Shown here in pieces: positions 52,471-62,448 of a stretch of 64,000 bases of DNA. Origin of the DNA: Oscillatoria sp. PCC 10802 (GTDB lineage Bacteria > Cyanobacteriota > Cyanobacteriia > Cyanobacteriales > Oscillatoriaceae). The notes under the pieces are model-generated. The model did no database searches and was not told the DNA's origin. It worked only from the letters and a program-made list of their open reading frames with translations. Within the stretch, counting starts at the first letter, position 1. Each line of letters opens with the position of its first letter. The DNA is taken from assembly GCF_000332335.1 (NCBI RefSeq), contig NZ_KB235948.1, forward strand, positions 2,740,513-2,804,512. Direction: 5' to 3'. The translations under genes were made by a program, and so were the position numbers.

Positions 52471-53079
52471 TCACCACACAGAACTTTCTTGCAGCCCGAT
52501 CGAGTCCGGGGGGATAAGCACCTTGTCAATCACAATAATCACGCCATTGGTAGCAGGAATAGACGGCGGATTGAGGGTGGCCTGATTAAACTTGATTTGA
52601 TTGCCCGGCTGGTCAACGGTAATTTTAACTGAATTGCCTTCGACAGTTTTTACTTCCCCTTTCTGGAAGTCACTCTCACTAACCTTGCCGGCAATCACAT
52701 GGTAATTAAGAATCTTCAGCAGTTTTTCTTTATTCTGCGGCTTCAGCAACTCCTCAACCGCCCCCGGTGGCAAAGCCTCAAAGGCTCGATCCGTCGGAGC
52801 TAAAATGGTGAAGTTGCCTTTTCCAGCCAGAGTATCAGTAAGTCCGGCCACTTGCAAGGCTCTAGCAAGCGTTTTGAGTGAATTATTAGCCGTAACTAGC
52901 TCCACAACACTGGGCTCTTCATCAGAAGACTCCAGCAATGGTCGCGAACTCGGGTTGAAAAGACTGTACGGATAGTAATACTGCCCCAAGGCGGGCAGAC
53001 CGATCAGCAAGCTGGCACCGGCAGCGCCCACCAGTCCAGCCAGCATTTTAAAACGGTTTGGGCGATTCTGTGTTTTCAT
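52471..53079 (-). CDS. Fasciclin (FAS1) domain protein with an N-terminal TM/signal anchor
   Basis: FAS1 motifs FTILAPTD.AF and (V/I)IDKVL(I/V)PP. Start verified at 53079. Confidence 0.75.
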   Translation of the reverse strand: MKTQNRPNRFKMLAGLVGAAGASLLIGLPALGQYYYPYSLFNPSSRPLLESSDEEPSVVELVTANNSLKTLARALQVAGLTDTLAGKGNFTILAPTDRAFEALPPGAVEELLKPQNKEKLLKILNYHVIAGKVSESDFQKGEVKTVEGNSVKITVDQPGNQIKFNQATLNPPSIPATNGVIIVIDKVLIPPDSIGLQESSVW

Positions 53080-53596
53080 ATTGATATCCCTTTGGAAACC
53101 CCCTGTTTTTACACCGGGGCGGAAAACGGGGCGGCGTGCCCCTTCCATGAGTGAATCGCATTCATGCCTGGTTTTTAAGTGCCGGCCAGCCTGGAACCTG
53201 GCCAAACCTGCTGCTAGTCCCTAAGCGATTCGCGACTTGCCAGCCCTTTGCCACCAAGAGCTCCCCTCTCAAGGCCCCCGAAACCAGTATAGCAAATACC
53301 CCCTATATTTTATTGAAGCTCGCTTCCGGGAAAAGTGCCCACTCTGTTTCGCTTTCTTAACTTTTCCCGAAACGCTGCCACTGCGGGGCAGCGGGCGATG
53401 GGACAGGGGGCGCTCGGGCATTGGGCACGCTGGCACGGAGAGCGCCAGCTTTCGGACTCAACTGTGCAATAAAGATGCCACTGGACTCGCCCCTAATGAT
53501 AGGACTGCCGGACAGAAGTGGGGTGCGTCACGCCAGCACCTCACGCACCCCACTAAACCCGAAACCGCCTATCTAACCGGATTTCATCTTACATGC

Positions 53597-53630
53597 CAGA
53601 AACCCGGTTTCTTTAAGAAACCGGGTTTCT
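53597..53630. repeat. Double R7 palindrome AGAAACCCGGTTTCT-TTA-AGAAACCGGGTTTCT, 3' of the FHA-ABC gene
   Basis: Read directly. No U-tract follows, so it is not a canonical terminator. Confidence 0.55.
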
Positions 53631-53673
53631 ACCTTTTCACAACTCGAATAGAAACCCTAGAGAGAATTTCATC

Positions 53674-56600
53674 CTAGAGAACGTCTTTCCGCTTCTGCAC
53701 CACCAACAGGAGGCCAAACATGCCCGCCATCAGCAAGCCCAGGGAACTCCAGTGCTGAGTCACATCTACATTGAAAGTGCGGCCATAATCTTTATTGAAC
53801 CGTTCGAGAGTGCCTTCCGCTTCCCCAATAGCGCTTTCGTATTTCCCTTTCCAATCGCTGTACTTCTCCTGCCAGCTGTCGATGGCTTTTTTGTATTCAT
53901 CCACCTTCTGATTGTAAGCATTAATATCCTGCCTGAAATTGTCCATTTCCTGCTGGTATTCCGGTGTGGGAATTTCCGGCGCTGTGGGCTGGGGTGGCGG
54001 ATTCCCCGGATCTTGTGGCTTCTCAGGTTCTGGCTCGTCTACGGCTTGGTTGTATTTACCGCGAATCCCAGGAAACTGACAGCTTTTGAAAATCCTCGGC
54101 CCGATACAGGCGCATTTCTTCTGTTCCGAGTCGCTGAGTTTCTTGCGCTCCTCCTCCGGCAGCTGCCAGCACTGGTCATTGGCCACATCTTTGCCCAAGC
54201 CGGTGAGCGTCACCAGCGACTCAAACGGCCATTTGCTGAGGGTGAGCTGGTTGATCGCTTTCCCCGGCGGGCCAAAGTTTTCCACGGACAGCATGCCGCC
54301 GCCAAAGGTAATCTGCGGCACCAGGAAAACAATCGTCAGCAAAGGAGCCACATTCTGATTTGGGGAAATCGCCGAAACCAGCAAACCCATTACCATACCG
54401 GCAATCGTCGCCAGGAACAGCGTCACATACATGCCGGCCAGCACTTCTGTCCCGCCGGGAATGTCCACCGCCAGAACCTTAAACAGCAAGAAAACCGCCG
54501 CCTGATACATAGCCAGCACGACGCTAACCCACACCTTTGACAGGATATAAGGAAGGAGCTGCAAACCAATGGTTCGCTCCCGGCGATAGATTTCCTGCTC
54601 CTTAACAATTTCCCGCATCGTCGCCAGACTGCCAACCATCACCGCAATCAGAGCAGCCGTGAACAGCATCGTGATCGCCTGACGCGGATCTCCTTGCCCG
54701 GCATCGAACAAATCGCGCTTCCAAGTGACAAAATCCAGCAGTCCCAACACCGGCGCGATGGCCAGCATCAAAATCAGGCTAGACCGGTCGCGCATCAAAA
54801 TCGCCAAATTGCGCTCAGACAGAATCAGGAACTGACCCAAAGCCGAGATGCGCTTCACCTTAGCCCCTGGTCGCTGTTTCTGCGGGCGCGGGCTTTGCCC
54901 CCCTGTCGCAGGCGCTTGCAAAGATTGCTGCCGGCGCACCACATATTTCTGATATTGTGGCGAATTGAGGTAGCGCTGCTGCCATTTTTCGGGCGAGATT
55001 TCACGCTCAACCAGACGGTAAATTTCATCAAAATCTCCCACCCCAAAGTAGGCGGGGGCTTCTGCCGGCGGCCCGAAGTAGGCCACATACCCTCCCTTCG
55101 CCAGAAACACCACTAAATCGCACATTTTGACATTTTTAGTGGCGTGAGTGATCAGCAGGATGGTGCGCCCTTGATCCGCTAGTTGGCGCAGCAACTCCAT
55201 AATCTCTAGCTCTGTCCCCGGATCGAGGCCAGAAGTCGCTTCGTCGAGAAAGAAAAGGCTGGGTTTAGTGAGCAGTTCCACCCCCATCGACACCCGCTTC
55301 AGCTGACCGCCGCTGAGGTCTTTCACCGGCACGTCCTTGCGGTGAGTCAGTCGCAGCTCTTCGATCACCTCCGCCACCCGCTTCTTGCGCTCCGCCCGCG
55401 TCGTGTCCGCCGGCATCCGCAACCGGGCTGCGTAGTCCAGAGCTTGCTCTACGGTCAGCTCTGTATGAACAATGTCCTTCTGGGGCACATAGCCCAGTTC
55501 TGTGCGGTAAGCGTTAAAGTTCTTGTACAGGTCTGTGCCGTTCACCAGCACCGTGCCGCTAGTTGCCGGTCGGAAACCATTGAGGGCGTCGAGCAGGGTG
55601 GACTTGCCGCCGCCACTGACGCCGGCAATCACCACAAACTCCCGCGCTTCGATTGACAGAGATATGTCATTTAAAAGGTTAACGTCCTTGGCGACGACCT
55701 TATTCAAGTGCACGGCGTCCAGGCGCAGGTTGCCCTGTTCGTTTTTGCGGACGAGGGTTTCATCGACGTTGAAGACTAAGCTGCATGGCCCGATGCGGAT
55801 GGTGTCCCCGGCCATCAGCACGCGCTCGGCGTCAATCTGCTTGCCGTTGACGAAGGTGCCGTTTGTCGAGTTGAGATCGGTAATGGTCCAGGAGCCGGCT
55901 TGCTTGACAATTTTGGCGTGGAACCGGGACACTGCAGGGTGGTCGATGGCCGTGTCGTTTTGGGGGTCGCGCCCCAAGCTGAGGCTGGTGCGCCCGCGCA
56001 AGTCCAGCTGCTCGACTGCAGTTGGCATTACGGTTGCCGGTGCTAGCTCGTAGGTGAGGGTGACTTCCCCACCAATTTGCAATACGTCCCCATCTGCCAA
56101 GACCTTGCGGTCGATGCGGTGGCCTTCGCTTAGCAGGCCGTTGGTGCTGCCGAGATCGACGATTTCATAGCCGTTTGACCTCCGTCGCAATTCGGCGTGC
56201 CGGCTCGAAATCACCGACGCATCAATGCGAATGTCACAATTGGGGGCGCGACCGATAACGATGGTGTCTTTTGACAGGGGGAAATTCCTCGTCCCCTGCG
56301 GCGTTTGCACTCTCAGCACCGACGCGCCGGAGGCTGCGGCTACAACCGTGTCTGGTAAAGTGGAGGAAACATATACTTCGGTCTTTTCTTCTTGTGCGGC
56401 CACCGGGCAGAATCGCAGTTCAAATATGTCGATGGCGATTCTGTCACTGTCGGCTAAGGGGTGGGGTTTGTCAGGTTGCAGTTTAATGTCATTGAGCAGC
56501 GTGCCCTTTGAGCTCCCTTTGTCGGCTATTGTATAGCCGTCTGCTTTCCGGACAATCTGAGCGTGGTGGCGCGAGACGGTGGGCTCGTTGAGGACAAGGG

Positions 56601-56706
56601 CGTTTTCCGGTGCCCGACCGATGTCGGTCAGGTCGCGGTCAAGCAGGAACTCTCGCTCAAGGTTGCCGCCTCGATAAATTTCCAATTTGGCAGAGGGTGG
56701 GGACAT
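53674..56706 (-). CDS. FHA-domain-containing ABC transporter (three N-terminal FHA domains, ABC ATPase, ABC-2-type permease) with a coiled-coil C-terminus
   Basis: Three repeats of G(R/S)....D..(L/I).........S..HA.I. Walker A GVSGGGKST, LSGGQ, Walker B FLDEATSGLD. Six TM helices. Confidence 0.85.
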   Translation of the reverse strand: MSPPSAKLEIYRGGNLEREFLLDRDLTDIGRAPENALVLNEPTVSRHHAQIVRKADGYTIADKGSSKGTLLNDIKLQPDKPHPLADSDRIAIDIFELRFCPVAAQEEKTEVYVSSTLPDTVVAAASGASVLRVQTPQGTRNFPLSKDTIVIGRAPNCDIRIDASVISSRHAELRRRSNGYEIVDLGSTNGLLSEGHRIDRKVLADGDVLQIGGEVTLTYELAPATVMPTAVEQLDLRGRTSLSLGRDPQNDTAIDHPAVSRFHAKIVKQAGSWTITDLNSTNGTFVNGKQIDAERVLMAGDTIRIGPCSLVFNVDETLVRKNEQGNLRLDAVHLNKVVAKDVNLLNDISLSIEAREFVVIAGVSGGGKSTLLDALNGFRPATSGTVLVNGTDLYKNFNAYRTELGYVPQKDIVHTELTVEQALDYAARLRMPADTTRAERKKRVAEVIEELRLTHRKDVPVKDLSGGQLKRVSMGVELLTKPSLFFLDEATSGLDPGTELEIMELLRQLADQGRTILLITHATKNVKMCDLVVFLAKGGYVAYFGPPAEAPAYFGVGDFDEIYRLVEREISPEKWQQRYLNSPQYQKYVVRRQQSLQAPATGGQSPRPQKQRPGAKVKRISALGQFLILSERNLAILMRDRSSLILMLAIAPVLGLLDFVTWKRDLFDAGQGDPRQAITMLFTAALIAVMVGSLATMREIVKEQEIYRRERTIGLQLLPYILSKVWVSVVLAMYQAAVFLLFKVLAVDIPGGTEVLAGMYVTLFLATIAGMVMGLLVSAISPNQNVAPLLTIVFLVPQITFGGGMLSVENFGPPGKAINQLTLSKWPFESLVTLTGLGKDVANDQCWQLPEEERKKLSDSEQKKCACIGPRIFKSCQFPGIRGKYNQAVDEPEPEKPQDPGNPPPQPTAPEIPTPEYQQEMDNFRQDINAYNQKVDEYKKAIDSWQEKYSDWKGKYESAIGEAEGTLERFNKDYGRTFNVDVTQHWSSLGLLMAGMFGLLLVVQKRKDVL

Positions 56707-57182
56707 GGCTGGTCTGGCAGTAGTGTTACAATTTTATCCGAGCGGTCAGGATAGCTTTAAGTTATATTTTCACCCCGGGCATTTTCGCCAATGTCAGAGT
56801 GAATGGCGCTATCCTATCACCATACCCGGGAAATTGCAAGTCAGCCGCACCAGCAAACCGGACTCTTCGCGCCTCTGTTCCCGACAGACCTTATTTATAA
56901 GATTTATTACGCTATGTTAATTTATGTTGATTTCGCCAAAAAGAACATAAAAGATTTTGAAGGGTGAATTTAAACTCGTGAATTCTGTGTTTTATTGACT
57001 TTTAATTTCTGACAGTTTATACTTGAGAATAGCACCCGGCATCCGCTTGAACTCGCAGCTGAGTTGTGCCGGCGAGGTCCAGAAAGTCGGAACCTTCAGC
57101 CCGGCGCTGGTGTCTGGGAGGATAAGCTTCCTGTGAGGGCGGAACAGCACGGGGAGACGGGATTGGAATTTGGTACTGACTT

Positions 57183-57761
57183 ATGAAATGGCAAACTTTT
57201 TTGTGGCTGAGTCGCCGGTTAATGCCACCGGCAGCCAGCAGCATTATATTATATAGCCTGTGGGCGGTGTTTGGGGGGAGCGGCGCACTCGCCGCCGAAA
57301 AGATTGTGTTCAATGCTAGCAGGGGGCAGCTATCCCTGTCTGCCGGCGAGCTAGAAACCTTCGCGCAAACCGGCGAAGTTTCGGCTGCAGTTAGAGATTT
57401 GCTCAAAGCGACGCGACAAGAGCCTGAAATTGTGCGTCAGGCGCTGACGAAAGAAGTGCCGGTGAGTCTGCGGATTGCCGATCGGGCGCTCAACAGCCAG
57501 ATTGGGGAAGCTGTGCTGGATAAAGTGGGCGAGGTGGTGCACACTCCCTCGGGAGGAGCGGACCGGCAAGCTTTGCGGGCGGCGTTTGTCCTGTCGGCGA
57601 GTGGGGATAATAAAATCAGCCTGCTGGAAGTTATTAAAAATTATCCCACATCGGAGGTGGAAGTAGAAGCCGACCGGCTCGCGGACGGCTTTAAGCAACT
57701 GAGCCGGTTTGGGGAAACCCTGCAAAAGTGGAGAGATAGGTTGCCAAAGATAGTCCGCTGA
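57183..57761 (+). CDS. Hypothetical secreted protein
   Basis: Signal peptide ending ALAAEK. No further motifs. Confidence 0.4.
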   Translation: MKWQTFLWLSRRLMPPAASSIILYSLWAVFGGSGALAAEKIVFNASRGQLSLSAGELETFAQTGEVSAAVRDLLKATRQEPEIVRQALTKEVPVSLRIADRALNSQIGEAVLDKVGEVVHTPSGGADRQALRAAFVLSASGDNKISLLEVIKNYPTSEVEVEADRLADGFKQLSRFGETLQKWRDRLPKIVR

Positions 57762-57823
57762 ACCACTTGACTGTCACCGGAGAAGTAGGGTGCGTGCCGG
57801 TGAGCGCGGAACGCACCCTACTG

Positions 57824-59068
57824 TTAAGGCTTAATCCCATCACAAAGGTGCCGGTCGCTCTCAGGGAGAGTGGCATTGGTTTTCAGATAGTCACGCGCCC
57901 AATCGCAACCGTAACGCAGCAGATCATTTGCCTTCAAGTCCAAATTCCACAGAATCAATCTTCCAGCTTTGTCAGCGGAAGCAAGAGTGTGGCCATCAGG
58001 GCTGAAATTGACGCTGAAGACATAATCGTCGTGACCCTTGTAGGTTTTCAGTTCCGTACCATCCAAGCTCCAGAGTTTGACAGTGTTGTCTAAACTGGCA
58101 GTGGCAAGGGTAAGGCCATCGGGGCTGAACCTGACTCTGAAGACACCAGCATTATGACCTGTGAGGGTTCTAATTTTTTTACCTTCAGAAGTCCAAAGCA
58201 CGACAGTTTTATCCTCGCTGGCAGTGGCAATTATTTTGCCGTTAGGGCTGAAAGTGATGCTATGGACTGCATCGGTATGCTCCGTGAGGGTTTTGATTAG
58301 CTTACCTTCACGAGTCCAAAGTTTGGCAGTCTTGTCCCAACTGGCAGTAGCAATTGTCTTGCCATCGGGGCTAAAAGTGACGCTATTAACTTTATCGCTA
58401 TGCCCATTGAGGGTTTTGAGCTCTTTTCCATCTCGGCTCCAGAGTTTGACAGTTTTGTCAGCACTGGCGGTGGCAATCGTCTCACCGTTGGGACTGAAAG
58501 TGACCCTCCAGACCCAATCTGTATGACTGTCGAGGGTGCTGATTTCCTTACCTGAGGGATGCAAAAGTTTGACAGTCCCATCAGCAGTGGCAGTAGCAAT
58601 CATCTTGTTGTCGGGGCTGAAACTGACGTCAGTGACCTCACTGTTATACCCCTTAAGAGTTTTGAGTATTTTCCCATCCAGGCTCCAGAGTTTGACAGTT
58701 TTGTCAGCACTGGCGGTGGCAATCGTCTCACCGTTGGAACTGAAACTAACGCTATATATCGCATTTTTGTGCGCCGGAATGATTGGCAGTTCCTTACCTG
58801 CCACCTTCCAGAGTTTGACGGTTTTGTCCTTACTAGCAGAGGCAATCATCGTCCCGTCAGGGCTGAAACTGACGCTCCAAACCCAATCCTTGTGTCCGGT
58901 CAGGGTTTGGAGGTTATCGCCGTCTAAGCTCCAGAGTTTGACGTAACCGGCTCTTTGGGTTCGGTCTCCCACCGACTCCAAGTTGATAAAGAAAAGCGAT
59001 GGTTCATTTGAACCGACAGCTCCTCTCTGGAAAGCCCCACGCGCTCTCGCAGGAAGCGGAGCATGCAA
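57824..59068 (-). CDS. WD40-repeat protein (about 8 repeats). The N-terminus begins mid-repeat, so this is a likely 5'-truncated remnant.
   Basis: Repeats of GH.D.V.SV.FSPDG..IA(S/T)AS.DKTVKLW. The first recognisable segment is only the tail (...YVKLWSLDG) of a repeat. Confidence 0.7.
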   Translation of the reverse strand: MHAPLPARARGAFQRGAVGSNEPSLFFINLESVGDRTQRAGYVKLWSLDGDNLQTLTGHKDWVWSVSFSPDGTMIASASKDKTVKLWKVAGKELPIIPAHKNAIYSVSFSSNGETIATASADKTVKLWSLDGKILKTLKGYNSEVTDVSFSPDNKMIATATADGTVKLLHPSGKEISTLDSHTDWVWRVTFSPNGETIATASADKTVKLWSRDGKELKTLNGHSDKVNSVTFSPDGKTIATASWDKTAKLWTREGKLIKTLTEHTDAVHSITFSPNGKIIATASEDKTVVLWTSEGKKIRTLTGHNAGVFRVRFSPDGLTLATASLDNTVKLWSLDGTELKTYKGHDDYVFSVNFSPDGHTLASADKAGRLILWNLDLKANDLLRYGCDWARDYLKTNATLPESDRHLCDGIKP

Positions 59069-59393
59069 ATTTGCTCGGAAGGTGACGGCATAGATCCCTC
59101 TGATCTAAATCTAAATTTGACTGCATGGCCTAGGTGCGAGCATGGGCCATAACGCTAACTTATCGCTTTAGTGTAAATTTGGGTAGTCAAATTTGCTTGA
59201 AAAGTTCGCAAATCAAGAACTATCTGGCCCATCTTTTACGATTTTGCGAGGTTCTAGCCTTGAAAAGGGAGGAAATAAAAGAGCAATGGCTTGCTTGGGG
59301 CTCCCCCGCGTGCTACTCTTTTGGTTTAAGGCTGCTGGCATCTTGAAGTGCGGTAGGTGCTGGCGGCCATTAATAGAGGAAGGAGACAATCAG

Positions 59394-59921
59394 ATGCAAT
59401 ATTGGGCTTGGGCTTGGACAAAAGGCGCTATTGCGCTCTCTGCTCTTCTGTGGGGAGTGTCTTGGGGCAGCACCAGCGCATTTGCGCAGCGCATCTGCCC
59501 AACTGCTAAGTCCTGCTACGATCGCGGGACTCAAAGCATGATCAGTAAAGAATGGGGGGCAGCAGCCCTTTTCTTTGGAGAGGCGCGCGAGCTTATGAAG
59601 CCTAGGTGCGATTCCAGCGTTGAGCACCGGCTGGCGATTTCAGAAGTGCATTCTATACGGGAGGCGTATCAGAGAGAAAAAGCAGGAGGTTCCCCTAGAG
59701 CAGAACAGTTTTTCCAGGAGCTGCAGCAGGCGTATCTCGGCAGCTCCAATTTTTGCCCAACCCATGCCGCTTGCATCCGAATTGCGGGGCTGGCTAGAGA
59801 GAAAGGAGACTTTCAGACTGCTTTGGTAAATGCCAAGCGCGCGCTGTTTCGCGATCCTGGGAGCAAAGAAGCAAATGGAGAGATCCTTGTTGCAACAATC
59901 AAAATTTGCAACAGCAGGTAA
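59394..59921 (+). CDS. Hypothetical secreted protein (175 aa)
   Basis: SD AGGAGA 7 nt upstream. Signal peptide ending AFAQ. The ORF-track N-terminal extension is unsupported. Confidence 0.4.
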   Translation: MQYWAWAWTKGAIALSALLWGVSWGSTSAFAQRICPTAKSCYDRGTQSMISKEWGAAALFFGEARELMKPRCDSSVEHRLAISEVHSIREAYQREKAGGSPRAEQFFQELQQAYLGSSNFCPTHAACIRIAGLAREKGDFQTALVNAKRALFRDPGSKEANGEILVATIKICNSR

Positions 59922-59922
59922 C

Positions 59923-62448
59923 TTACACCGGCACCATTCTGGGCATCTGTACTTTGGCCGAGCTTGCAACGCTCTCTTTGATGTCCTCGAACCAGACGCA
60001 CCAAAGCTGGCCGTAGGGGTAGAACTGTGTGTGCCGGCTGCCCCCGTCTGACTTTGCAATAACTCCATTTGGCCCTGCGGTTACTATCCTGAGCAGGCTG
60101 GATGTCCCCGCTCGCCGGCAGAGCTGCGCCGATTCTGCCATTTCTTGTGTCAGAGGGGATGGCGTCAGAAACCCTTGGAGCCCTCCCCACCCATTCTCTA
60201 CCGCCCAAAGGTGCGCGGCAACTCTGTGCCTGCACGCATTTCCTGTCTTGCTACTACAAGAGGAACACCAGCGCGAGCCTACCTCTCCGTCCGCCGCGCT
60301 GCTCGCTTTTACGCGAAGCAGCCGAGGTTCGTGAGATTTGATCGCAACCGGAAGCTGCCTGGCCTCTCCCCACGTTTCTAGAAACTCAAGGAAGTTTGAC
60401 GTTTTTGCGTAGAGCGGCTCCCCGTCTTTTTTCTCCGCTCGCAAGTAAAGGCCATTAGTGAAGGCAACCGAATTTAAGTTTGATGTGAGGGCCGTCCCTT
60501 TCTTCCGAAAGTAGAAGTAAGAAGCAGCAGCCTGGCGGAGCAGCCCCTCTTCTCTCCCCCCAGCCCACAGAGCTGTTAGCAGCGCTGTCACCCTTCCCCT
60601 GTTGACAACCAATGGAGCGAGAGGAGACGTGTCTACGATCTGGACATTCCCATCGGTCACGCTCATACCCGCCACTTGACCCTGCCCTTCTGAGGCAAGA
60701 AAGATTTGCCCTATTTCTTGAACTGCAGCGGTCTTGAGAAAGGTGCAGCACTTTCCTCTCTTAACTGCAGTTAGCAATGCATCCAAGAAAGGCTGGCGTT
60801 CGGACTCTGGATTTTGGGTGTAGAGTTCCTCAAACTGGTCGGCGATTAAGATTAGGCGAGTGCCCGGGTTTTGCTGCACGAGGCTTTCGATGATTTTGTA
60901 TAAGGCTCGCGGATCTTGCTTCAGTGAGATGGCCAATTCCAGTTCAATTAACCGGCGGGCATTTTCACCGTCACCGCTTTCCCCCGGCTGCTGCAGGCGC
61001 TCCCAGCTAGGGGCGAGCGCGACCGCCAAGGCATCAAAAGGATTTTTCCCCGGACGAAAAGAGACAATCTGCCAGTGAACAAGAGTGTCTTTTCGCAATT
61101 TGGGCAGGGTGCCGGCAAACATCACGCTAGACTTGCCACTCCCACTGGCACCGATGGCAGCCACCAGCGGCTTTTTTTTCACCGCCGCCACCAAATCCTC
61201 GGCGAACGGCTCCCGCCCAAAGAAGAGGTGGGCGTCTTCTTCTCGGAAAGCAAATAAACCCCGATAGGGACAGGGGGGAATCCCGCCCAACTGCAGCCAA
61301 GTTGCCGGTTCTACTGCTGGATTTTGGCAAATTACAGGCAGCCAAGAAGCGCCGGGGAAGTCATTTTCTAAACCTTGTAGCTTTCTTCGCGCTTGCTGCG
61401 CGGCGAGATATAAAGGAAGTCGCTTTTGTGCGAAGGCTTCCAGAAAATGCTTGCAAAATTCCTGCGCCACGCGATTCGGCACCGGCTCCCGCATGACAAT
61501 CACTGCGGGAAGGTTCAATTTCTCCAGAGCGAGAGCCAGTCCTAGCCCGTCGCAGGAGTTGAAAATCGCCAGCTTTAAACCGTTTTCAATGGCTTGTGTG
61601 AGAGCTTCTTCTAACTGTCCGACGGTCAGGCTATTGTTGGTTTTGTTTTCATTGATATAAAGTCTGCCGGTTTCGCCCTCGGTTTGGCTGTGACCGGCAA
61701 AAAAGAGGATGTCCCAGCCCTGGTCGTTCCAAAGCTGGGTGTTCAGTTGCTGGCGCGAGGGCTTGACAAGAAATTCGACTTCTGCATCTGGCAAGTTTTT
61801 CAGAAACCGGCTCTCTGTCTCCAGATTGATGCCAGAGCTATTGCCGAGAACGGCCAAGATCCTGACTTTTTCGCGGGGGGCTTTTGGCTGTGAGGGTTGG
61901 GTGCGTTTGTACTCGGGTCTGCTCAGAGCCATTTCTGCTTTGGGATAATCGCTAAAGAAATCCCAGCAATGCCAGGGGAATCGCCGCAGCAATTCATCGC
62001 CGGTTTCGACAATGACCCGAATTTCTTCTGCTGTGTTGAGTTGCGCTCTCAGTTGCTGTTCAATATGGATAAAGTCTTTAGACTTGAGCCAAGCATTGAG
62101 GCTCTCTTCTAACTTTTTGCAGACCTCCTCGAAACCGAGCTGAGAGACGTTGGTTATTCCCCCTTCGTCGATTTCCAGCTCATCGTCATCTTCCTCGCGA
62201 GCCGGTGGGGAAAGCAGCTCTTTGCGAGCGCTGAGACTCCTATAAACTAACTGCCAGTTCTGGTACAGTTCAGCCAGAACCGGCGCTGGGGGCAAACTGC
62301 CGGTGAATTGCTGCGGCAGGGGGTGGCCCGCTTCTCGCAGCTGAGCGGTAACTCTGGGAAATCCGCTGTTTAAATCGCCGGCTCCCAGATTGATGACCAC
62401 TGACTTGATCATTTCAGAGTTCAAAATCTTCCTTAACGCTGACATCAC
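59923..62448 (-). CDS. CHAT-domain (caspase-like protease) / P-loop NTPase fusion protein. The true start is probably at 62412.
   Basis: CHAT His/Cys dyad (LFFAGHS ... AIFNSCDG) in the N-terminal third. Walker A GASGSGKSS and Walker B LILIADQFEE follow. The ATG at 62412 lies 1 nt after the upstream gene's stop (TGA-A-ATG). Confidence 0.65.
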   Translation of the reverse strand: MMSALRKILNSEMIKSVVINLGAGDLNSGFPRVTAQLREAGHPLPQQFTGSLPPAPVLAELYQNWQLVYRSLSARKELLSPPAREEDDDELEIDEGGITNVSQLGFEEVCKKLEESLNAWLKSKDFIHIEQQLRAQLNTAEEIRVIVETGDELLRRFPWHCWDFFSDYPKAEMALSRPEYKRTQPSQPKAPREKVRILAVLGNSSGINLETESRFLKNLPDAEVEFLVKPSRQQLNTQLWNDQGWDILFFAGHSQTEGETGRLYINENKTNNSLTVGQLEEALTQAIENGLKLAIFNSCDGLGLALALEKLNLPAVIVMREPVPNRVAQEFCKHFLEAFAQKRLPLYLAAQQARRKLQGLENDFPGASWLPVICQNPAVEPATWLQLGGIPPCPYRGLFAFREEDAHLFFGREPFAEDLVAAVKKKPLVAAIGASGSGKSSVMFAGTLPKLRKDTLVHWQIVSFRPGKNPFDALAVALAPSWERLQQPGESGDGENARRLIELELAISLKQDPRALYKIIESLVQQNPGTRLILIADQFEELYTQNPESERQPFLDALLTAVKRGKCCTFLKTAAVQEIGQIFLASEGQGQVAGMSVTDGNVQIVDTSPLAPLVVNRGRVTALLTALWAGGREEGLLRQAAASYFYFRKKGTALTSNLNSVAFTNGLYLRAEKKDGEPLYAKTSNFLEFLETWGEARQLPVAIKSHEPRLLRVKASSAADGEVGSRWCSSCSSKTGNACRHRVAAHLWAVENGWGGLQGFLTPSPLTQEMAESAQLCRRAGTSSLLRIVTAGPNGVIAKSDGGSRHTQFYPYGQLWCVWFEDIKESVASSAKVQMPRMVPV

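Noticed and set aside
53752-54540. 262-aa ORF antisense to the FHA-ABC transporter gene
   Set aside because: It is embedded in a gene with clear Walker/TM motifs and has no motifs of its own.
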